A DNA stretch of 59,099 bases, filler included, from Dugesia japonica (lineage: Eukaryota): assembly GCA_001938525.1 (NCBI GenBank). It is 5 parts of 5 records of this genome, joined end to end, with 100 filler letters (N's around TTAATTAATTAA, not from the genome) between each part and the next. Parts side by side here need not be neighbours in the genome. Positions count along the whole stretch, not along the records: positions 1 to 14,298 come from MQRL01339190.1; positions 14,399 to 23,393 come from MQRL01206225.1; 3 more parts are not named here. One strand, 5' to 3'. The notes under the pieces are model-generated. The model was not told the DNA's origin. It searched no databases and saw only the letters and a list, made by a program, of their open reading frames with translations. Shown piece after piece: positions 14,239 to 23,493 of this stretch. The number at the start of each line of letters is the position of its first letter. The first letter of the stretch is position 1. The translations under genes were made by a program, and so were the position numbers.

Positions 14239-14275
14239 CAATTCCTGACGAAGACAAGGTCGAAATATCGAATTG
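14239..14275 (+). ncRNA. Minimal type I hammerhead ribozyme motif (Penelope-associated type)
   Basis: CAATTC-CTGACGA-A-GAC-AAG-GTC-GAA-ATAT-C-GAATTG. Helix I is CAATTC/GAATTG, the core is CUGANGA/GAAA, helix II is GAC/GTC, and helix III is the palindrome ATAT. Confidence 0.7.
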
Positions 14276-14298
14276 TTATCCAATATCAATAATTAAAA

Positions 14299-14398
14299 NN
14301 NNNNNNNNNNNNNNNNNNNNNNNNNNNNNNNNNNNNNNNNNNTTAATTAATTAANNNNNNNNNNNNNNNNNNNNNNNNNNNNNNNNNNNNNNNNNNNN
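14299..14398. other. Artificial scaffold-joining spacer N44-TTAATTAATTAA-N44
   Basis: The identical 100-nt spacer occurs four times. The 12-mer has stops in all six frames. Confidence 0.95.
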
Positions 14399-14536
14399 AG
14401 AAAAAAAAACCAGCCCAAAAATAGTGTCACCAAAAATAGTACCCTCATCGTTATGTGTTTTCGAGCCCCCCCCCCACGTGGGGGGGTTCCGTCTAGCGCT
14501 ATGCAAGTACGGGCAGTGTGCCGCTATCCTCCTACT
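14399..14536. mobile_element. Right terminus of a CTACT-ended element
   Basis: ATGTGTTTTCGAGCCCCC...GGGGGGGTT...GTGTGCCGCTATCCTCCTACT matches the terminus at 29786-29854. Confidence 0.5.
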
Positions 14537-14932
14537 GTTATTAACTAAAGATTTCCAATAAATAAAAAAGAAAAATATAATTTTTACTACCACTATTTTG
14601 TTTACTTAATATTTTTACAATACCTTCTAATAATATCTCATACATTCTAAATAATTAAAAATAATAATTCGACGTTGGAGATTATTAGTATTAGAATTAG
14701 TATGTTTTTTAACTATGATCTCTGACATCGTATCTTAAATAAAGAAATAAATATTTTATAAATAGCTATCAGATTCGTAAATTTAATCAAAATAATATGA
14801 TAATTACGATAACCAAATATTTAGAGATAAAATAATAGCAAGAACAGTGATATCAGAGAATAAATAAATTGTAGCAAATAAATAGATAATATATTAATAC
14901 AATTTCAAAAATTAATTGTAATTATGTTTTAG

Positions 14933-15218
14933 ACGATAGTTGTGCTATTCTTCTATGGATCAGTGAGTTTTATTTATTTATTGAAATAATAACAAATCTA
15001 GTTATTATTATTCTTGCTGTCCATTTTCTGGAAACACGATTCAAATTGTTCAGTGAGTTTTTTAAACTATTTTCTTAACAAAATTTAATACAAATCTTTT
15101 TATGTTATAAAAAAATTAATTAAACAAATCAGAATTTGCTGATAAGTGTGCGAATTCAGGAGATGCTTACGTTAATTCAGTACCCGGTGTTGTAAATACG
15201 GATACAGATGAAATTTAG
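14933..15218 (+). CDS. Candidate micro-exons encoding a hydrophobic segment (DDSCAILLWI-IIIILAVHFLETRFKLF-KFADKCANSG...)
   Basis: AG/GTGAGT-bounded phase-1 exons 14933-14962 (30 nt) and 15002-15052 (51 nt). The next acceptor is at 15132. Confidence 0.45.
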
Positions 15219-15228
15219 AAACTCTTAT

Positions 15229-16640
15229 AATATTTATATTTGAATATTGCTATTTGAATATTGTTATTTGAATATTGCTATTTGAATATTGCTATTTGAA
15301 TATTGCTATTTGAATATTGACATTTGAATAATGTTATTTGAATATTTATATTTGAATATTGTTATTTGAATATTGCAATTTGAACATTGCTATTTGAACA
15401 TTGCTATTTGAATATTGCTATTTGAATATTGCTATTTGAATATTGTTATTTGAATATTGCTATTTGAACATTGTTATTTGAATATTGTTATTTGAATATT
15501 GCTATTTGAATATTGTTATTTGAATATTGCTATTTGAACATTGCTATTTGAATATTGCTATTTGAATATTTATATTTGAATATTGTTATTTCAATACTGT
15601 TATTTGAATATTGCTATTTGAACATTGCTATTTGAATATTGCTATTTGAATATTTATATTTGAACATTGCTATTTGAATATTGCTATTTGAATATTGACA
15701 TTTGAATAATCTTATTTGAATATTTATATTTGAATATTGTTATTTGAATATTGCAATTTGAACATTGCTATTTGAATATTGCTATTTGAATATTGTTATT
15801 TGAATATTGTTATTTGAATATTTTTATTTGAATATTGTTATTTCAATACTGTTATTTGAATATTGCTTTTTGAACATTGCTATTTGAATATTAAAATTTG
15901 AATAATGTTATTTGAATATTAAAATTTGAATAATGTTATTTGAATATTTATATTTGAATATTCTTTTTTGAATATTGCAATTTGAACATTTCTTTTTGAA
16001 TATTGTTATTCGAATATTGCTATTTGATTATTGCTATTTGAATATTGCTATTTGAATATTGACATTTGAATAATGTTATTTAAATATTTATATTTGGATA
16101 TTGTTATTTGAATATTGTTATTTGAATATTGCTATTTGAACATTGCTATTTGAATATTGTTATTTGAATATTGCTATTTGAACGTTGCTATTTGAATATT
16201 GCTATTTGAATATTTATATTTGAATATTGTTATTTGAATACTGTTATTTGAAAATTGCTTTTTGAACATTGCTATTTGAATATTGTTATTTGAATATTGC
16301 TATTTGAATATTGCTATTTGAATATTGCTATTTGAATATTGTTATTTGAATATTGTTATTTGAATATTGCCATTTGAACATTGCTATTTGAATATTGTTT
16401 TTTGAATATTGCTATTTGAACATTGCTATTTGCATATTGCTATTTGAATATTTATATTTGAATATTGTTATTTGAATACTGTTATTTGAATATTGCTTTT
16501 TGAATATTGATATTTGAATATTGTTATTTAAATATTGCTATTTGAATATTGATATTTGAATATTGGTATTTGAATATAGTTATTTGATTATTCATATTTG
16601 AATATTGATATTTAAATATTGTTATTTAAATATTGTATTT
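15229..16640. repeat. 14-bp satellite (G[C/T]TATTTGAATATT)n, about 100 units
   Basis: Direct tandem repetition over ~1.4 kb. Confidence 0.97.
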
Positions 16641-16953
16641 CACATTTGATTTATTTCTCTAATTGTTGGCATATTTTTAATTCCAATAACTTCCCCCAAT
16701 TTCTTGGTGACTTATTTATCTTGATGAGACACGGAATTTCGATGTCTTCTATATTTATCAATTATTGCTGATTTATATCATTTTGAACAGTTAACAATAA
16801 TCATTTAAAATCATTAATTTATTAATATAACAAAAAATAAAATTAAAAATTCTTATCTAAAGTTATTTCTTTCAAAAGTATAAGCATAAATACCAGAACA
16901 ATTTATTTATTTTATTTTTCAATTAGGATAATTTATTTATTAAAATTTTCCAG

Positions 16954-18195
16954 CTAAATGTCTACAAATGTGTACAAGAAAAGGTAACTTTCGTTTAAAA
17001 TTACAAAAAATATTTCTAATTAATTTATTAATTCCTAATTTTACAATTAAAAATTTACCTTTTTAAATTATTTTATCATTAAAAATTTTTTTCTTAAGTA
17101 AGCATTTTCAAACTCATTCATAAAACACGTTTAAAATTAAAGTTTTCAACGTTACAATATTTTTCAATTTTAAAATTTATATATATATATATATTTACCC
17201 GAAGTTTATTTATTTAATTTTTTATAATTCAACATTTCAGATCATTTGCAATACGCATTAATAAAAAGCAGAAAAAGAAAATATCAAAATGGTAATTTTT
17301 CATTATTTATTTTATATATTGATGGGGTATTTCATCATCGATTTATTCTCGTTTATTAAGAATTAGAAGCAAAAATTAATCAATGCTTTGGTAATATAAA
17401 AATTGGTAAATTGATTAGCATTTTATTATCGATTTATTCTCGTTCATTCAGAATTAGAATCAAAAATCAATCAATCATTTGGTAAATATGTATTTTATGA
17501 ATTGTTTCCAACTAATATTAAGAAGTGCTATGATAAATAGTGTTATTCATGCGTGACCAGTCATAAGTAATATTTATTTATTTTCCTTAATTTCATTGTG
17601 TTGCCATTTGGCAGCAGGGCCGGACGGATGCCTGGTCAACCGCATAAGTTCCCATGTCATTCTCGTTATTAATAAATTATTTTAATCCTTTTTTTTAAAA
17701 AAAATTACCATAAATAACTTTATAATAATTTAAAACATAATTACTCATATTAATAAAAATTTTCAAGTGTAATATTTAATATATGTATATACTAAAATTA
17801 AAACAACGATTTTTAATTCTACTTATGACAATTTTTTATGTGAAAGAGGTTAGGTAAATGCAATTCTAAAAAATATCTGTTATTTCTATTTATTTATTTG
17901 AGAATGAAAATATAAAAGTAGGTAGTAGCGATAAGAAAACAACAATAAATTGACTAATAAAATAGTAAATTGAATGCAATATCCTTATTGTGAAGAGCTT
18001 TTTTTAAGTAAACGCGGTGTAAGTAAAATTTGTAAAACTCAGAAATGGTATTAAAAATATATTTCAGCGACTTATTTAAATTAAATATTTACAAATGTAT
18101 TTATAATTCCAGAAAATTTGGACATAAAATTTGAAGCGAGATTTCAAGAAATTATTGGTTAACGTTGATTTAATTTCTTTAGCTTTATAATTATT

Positions 18196-18254
<59 letters not shown>

Positions 18255-18422
18255 TATCATCATACTAGATAAATTTAATAAAATTACTTTTGCTTAGATA
18301 AAATTGATCGTGCGCGCACACCATTAAAAGGTTAGAATCATTATTACTATTATGTTGTAATTAAAAAATCTAACTGAAGATAAAATTATTTCCAAATATT
18401 AGACTATCGTCATCTTCATTAA
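16954..18422 (+). CDS. Candidate micro-exon gene (six symmetric phase-1 exons plus a terminal exon), coiled-coil-like product
   Basis: Exons 16954-16983, 17241-17291, 17361-17390, 17452-17481, 18113-18157 and 18298-18330, then 18403-stop. The six internal exons are AG/GT bounded with 3n lengths and splice into one open frame. AATAAA at ~18451. Confidence 0.6.
18196..18263. repeat. (ATC)n microsatellite
   Basis: Direct inspection. Confidence 0.95.
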
Positions 18423-18961
18423 TTACTTCTCAGATTCATTGAAATTATTAAATAAATAAAATAATTAATTTACAAATAAGAATTTATTTAAATTATTATT
18501 GGATAATAATTATTATAAATTGTGTTGATTTTCGGTTTTTTTAAAATTTCTTGATGTTTATTTTAATGAAATGAATAAATGTAATTTGTACCTAGGGTTT
18601 TTTCTCATGATGTGACATTATTCTTTTGAAAGAAAAAACTGTGTGTACAAAGTGTTTGATGATTTCACTTACTTCTTGTCTTAGCTTTTCTTTAATTCTC
18701 TTTTGAATTTTTCGTCAATTGTCACCTTTTTTCGCAAAGTGAGTGTATTTTCATTACAATCTTTTTACTAGCATATTTCTTTCCCAACATATGAACTTTT
18801 GAATTTGTGCAAAATTGTTTCTTGATTTTTGTAATTTTATTATTAATAGTGCTTGAATTCTGAATATTATTCTAGAACTATAATATTATGACTACATAAC
18901 ACATTAAAAAAATTAATTTAATAATAGATTTATAAATTATGATATTATTTCTGTTTTAGAT

Positions 18962-19848
18962 ATGAAAATTCAATTCCAATTTGATGATATCGATCACAAA
19001 TCAATAGAATTGTATGTTCACAATAATCACAATATTGTCCAAGTAAAACAACAAATTTGTTCTAAATTACCACATGCAAAACNNNNNNNNNNNNNNNNNN
19101 NNNNNNNNNNNNNNNNNNNNNNNNNNNNNNNNNNNNNNNNNNNNNNNNNNNNNNNAAATATTGACAAATCAAATACAATTGTAAATTGTTTTATTGATTC
19201 ATCAATGATTGCCAGGTGAATGAATATATTGATTGAAATGAATTGATAATAATTTAATATAATATTTGATAGTGAAATTATTGTTGTGAAATTGCAAGGC
19301 AAAATGCGTCTCCCAGACATCATACAAATAAATAAGAATCAAACAATTGGTCAATTGAAAGAAATGATTGGGAAAATTATCAATTCAAAAGATTTCTCAT
19401 TATTCAAAGAAATTTTAAATAGCGAAAATCAAATGAAAAAAACTTTGTTAAACTTGAGCAGTTATTGCCTTGAAAATGAATTGAATGATGAAGACTGTAT
19501 TCGTATCGTTCAAACGTTATTTTGATATTTTCTAATAAATAGAATAATTCCAGTTTTTATAGAGTTGAAGAAGAATTGATTATTAAATCAATATTTGATG
19601 AAAAAGTCTGTATTACAGCTGCCTATAAAAACACGGATCAAGTTTCATCATTAATAGAATTTGTGGAAAATGATTACAATTGGAATTCAAATAATTTTGT
19701 TTTGTTTTGTAATAACAAATATTTGGAAGAAGATAAATATATCTGTGAATATGATATTTGTGCAGATTCTCCAGTCAAAATTTGTAATATCGCAAAGTTA
19801 GCAACTTTTATTCTAATGATATTTCAAAGTATACTAATATTTCAATAA
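18962..19848 (+). CDS. Protein with three divergent ubiquitin-like domains and a hydrophobic C-terminal tail
   Basis: Three exon-sized ORFs each show a beta-grasp pattern (NIVQVKQQI; TIGQLKEMI; TDQVSSLIEFVE..FVLFCNNKYLEEDKYICEYDI, cf. ubiquitin LIFAGKQLEDGRTLSDYNI). A GT-AG intron at ~19216-19272 keeps frame. Confidence 0.6.
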
Positions 19849-22153
19849 TTTGTTTGCTAAAAGATCTCAAATGCTAGTTTAGATATTCCTTCCATTCTAA
19901 TAACACCTTGTTTTGACAAGTTTTACAAATTAATTTTTATTGAATGGCTGAAATAATTTTACGCTTCCAAATTAAATAAATTTCCTCTCATTCCGTTCTA
20001 TTAAGACCTTATTCATCGACTGTTGTTCATATTTTCCTTAGGAATTCTCTGACGATTTAAATCTTGATTATTTTATATCATAATAGTTCGATAAATTATA
20101 AAGCTTCGATCAAAATGTTGTATTTTTATATTTTTTAGTTGTTATCAATTCGAATTTTCAGCAATTATCTTTAGGAATTAACTTTATGATTTATTCAAGA
20201 TTTATTTATAAAAAGAATTTATTGAATTTTACTGAACTATATGTATTTAACACGCCGCGATAAACAAAGCCATCTTGAAGGTTAAAAATTCGTCCCAGCT
20301 TAAGCACTTCATTGTTCGGCCAGTGTAAAGATGTCAAACCAAACAAAAAGATAAGAAATAAGAAGATGGGGCAAGGAAATGAGGGGAAAGTTTGGAAACC
20401 CTAATTAAAATCGACCACATCAATTTCCTGGTCGATAGAAGAGGAAATTTTCTTTTCACATTTTCACGTAACCCAACCTGTTTTATCCCTGGTTCATTTT
20501 AAACACACTATGATCAAACAGAATAAATAAAATTCATTTTAATATTTGAATATTTCATTTTAAATATTCCATATTTTGGATTTCGATAAATTTAATATTA
20601 ATTTCATTTAAATATATCACAACTTGCTTTACTAAAGTAATTCTTTATGTTTCTTCCTATAAACTATAGAGTCTGATGATACAAGATTGGTGAGCTCATA
20701 ACAATGAGTTTTTGACTTTAAGGATTTCCGGTGTTTCATGTGGTGGTTGAATTTTTTCGGTTTTTGAGTTCTTGGAAAGAGTAGGTGTATTTGTATGTTG
20801 TTGTTTTGAGGTTGATTTTTTGGATTATTGATGAATTTATTTTAGGGTTTATGGTTAATGGTTTGTTAGTAATGTAGGTGAATAGTATATAGATAAGTGT
20901 GCACTGGAACACCTATGTGCGTACCCCCCATTTGGGTGTAAAATGATTACATAAGTTTTCTAATGTAAATAATCGAAGACGCATTGATGTGTATTATGCA
21001 ATGTATTACATAGTGTTTCGGCTTATATAAGATTTAGTCGAGTAATAAATTACGTGACTTTTGCTCGTATTTTGAAAGGTTTACCGAATTATCGGGTTTT
21101 ATATGTAATGAGTAAATTTGTGTGTATTACATAACTTTTGTTCGTATTTTTTTTTGAATAGTTTATTGAATAATTTGAACAGTTTACTGAATTATTTGAC
21201 TAATTTACCAAAGTATTTAAATTTTCGGATGATTTTTTAAGCAAATTTTTCGAGAAGGTTGACTTAGAAGGTTGAAAATTTAGGGATGAAAGTAAAGGAA
21301 AGGAATATCGCAAGTGGATATTTCGAAGTACAAAGTGTTATAGTCTACTTAGTGAAAAAGCGAGCATGCATGCAAAAATCATGGTACTAAAGAGTACAGA
21401 CATAAAACATCAATCATATATAGACTGAGATAATAACAACGAATATGTTTCTGTCTAACAATTTTGAAAAATGACAGAACGTAATTAATTAGTTTTATAA
21501 GTAAATTTGCGTTATCAAATAACGAAAATAATAGGGTTTGAATAAACAAAAACGAAAGTATCCCCTATGGTCACTAATACAATATAATAATGCACTTTTT
21601 TTCATGATATTGTGCTGTCACCATTTGTAAAGAAAATCCAAGTTTACCAATTTTAAAATCCCACGTTAAACATAGGAAAAAAATTCCAAAAATAACTAGA
21701 AGTCCTCAAAACGTTTCATGAATTTATTAGTAGTTAATAGAACTTTGTAAAAGATTACTAGACATTGATAAAAATTGTAATGTAATAAGTAGAAAACACA
21801 AAATTTGCATTATGGCTTCATTTTTTATTTTTTTGATTATATCTGATGTTTCATGAAACCTTAGCATTAACATATAAAAAGTATAGTAATTATCCTGGCG
21901 AAATGGCAGCCCTGTATGAATAACAACAATAATATTACATAGTTATTTAACAATTATCAATACTTACTCGTATTATCACTGTGCATTTCATTTGTTTTCA
22001 TCAATGGTCTTCAGTAATAACATTGATTGCACAATCGTACCCAAGGCAACCAAAAATATATCATTAAACTTTCGATTTAAATTTATAATCAATGGTGAAT
22101 GTGAATCTTTAGAATTAATTGATATATCGTAACAATTATTTTATTAATTGTAG

Positions 22154-23393
22154 AATCGAAGGTCTAGATAAACAAGAGAGGTGTGAAGCAGATATTAATT
22201 GGGAATTGTATCATGCTACAAAGCCACCGAAAAACATGCAAATATTGTTAAAAAAATATAAAAATATTAATCTAGCAAATTGGAAATCTCAAGATTGGAT
22301 GATGAATGAATTGAAAACTTTCTTACTAACTAAAAATCATAAAATATTTATTCAATTGTTTGGTGTGTATTTCGATGACTCGTTGTATGTTGCTATGGAA
22401 AATATGGAGGAGGTATGTTTTATTTTAGAGGGTTTTCAATTTAATTTAATCCTTTTGCAATTTTGCTTATTACTTTTAAAATTTAAAAAATATTTAAATA
22501 ATTTAAAATGAAAAACATTATTTCGAGAAAAAAGCAACTAGAATTAAAATTATAACTGAAACAAGTAAAAGTTTTATTCTATCAACAATGGAAGATGTTT
22601 CAATTACCTTAAATCAATTAAAAAAATTATTACAATCAAAACTACTGATAGTGAAACTTATTTAAGTACCATTAATAATTCAATAACAACATTAAATTAT
22701 TCTTTTAAAAGAATAAAATTAATTCCTCAATAAATAAATTCAAAAATTTATATTGAAAAAAGTATGATTATTGAGTAAATTATTTAAGTTATGATGAAGA
22801 TAAAGTGATATTTCTGGATGAGTATGGAGTAAGTTGCTCTTTGAGACAAAAATTTGGAAGAAGTTTGTTTAAGGCAAATAATTCAAACATAAAAGAAGAA
22901 TTATACGCTGCTATTAACTCAACAATATCGAATATTACTGAAATGAATTATATAAATTATTTTAGTCATGTTAGAGAGTTTGCGGTAATAAAATATTTGA
23001 AAATTTAATTTTCTTGTCTCATAATTTCTTTAAAATTTTTTATTATTTTTAACCTAAGATTAAATTAAGTTGAAACCCTGTATCATTTCATTCTATAATA
23101 AATATTTTGATGAAATTATGATTCAGGGAACTTTGAAAAATTATTTAAAAAGAAATAAAAGTTTTGAAAGAAAATTAATTTGCAAATGGTCGGAACAGAT
23201 TCTTGAAGGATTGGAATATCTTCACGATAGAAAAGTTGTCCATCGAGATTTGAATCGTACAATTTGTTGGACGAATTTAATGAATTATTTATTTATTTCT
23301 AGCATCGAACATTCTTGTGAATGCCAACATTGATTTGAAATTATCGAGTTTCAATTTATCAAAATATGAAAAGATTTATGGGCCCGCTTCTTT
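22154..23393 (+). CDS. MAPK-like protein kinase fold, probable pseudokinase; 3' end cut by scaffold end
   Basis: Exons 22154-22412, 23127-23256 and 23303-23393 give ...LYVAMENMEE/GTLKNYLK...[41 protein letters not shown]. Confidence 0.8.
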
Positions 23394-23493
23394 NNNNNNN
23401 NNNNNNNNNNNNNNNNNNNNNNNNNNNNNNNNNNNNNTTAATTAATTAANNNNNNNNNNNNNNNNNNNNNNNNNNNNNNNNNNNNNNNNNNNN
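23394..23493. other. Artificial scaffold-joining spacer
   Basis: N44-TTAATTAATTAA-N44. Confidence 0.95.

Noticed and set aside
15229-16640. CRISPR-like array
   Set aside because: These are contiguous 14-bp monomers with no unique spacers, in a eukaryotic context with no cas genes.
23378-23390. ATGGGCCCG in the kinase as another micro-element copy
   Set aside because: Only the 6-bp palindrome matches. There is no TTGGGAT half or duplication, and it lies on a different scaffold.
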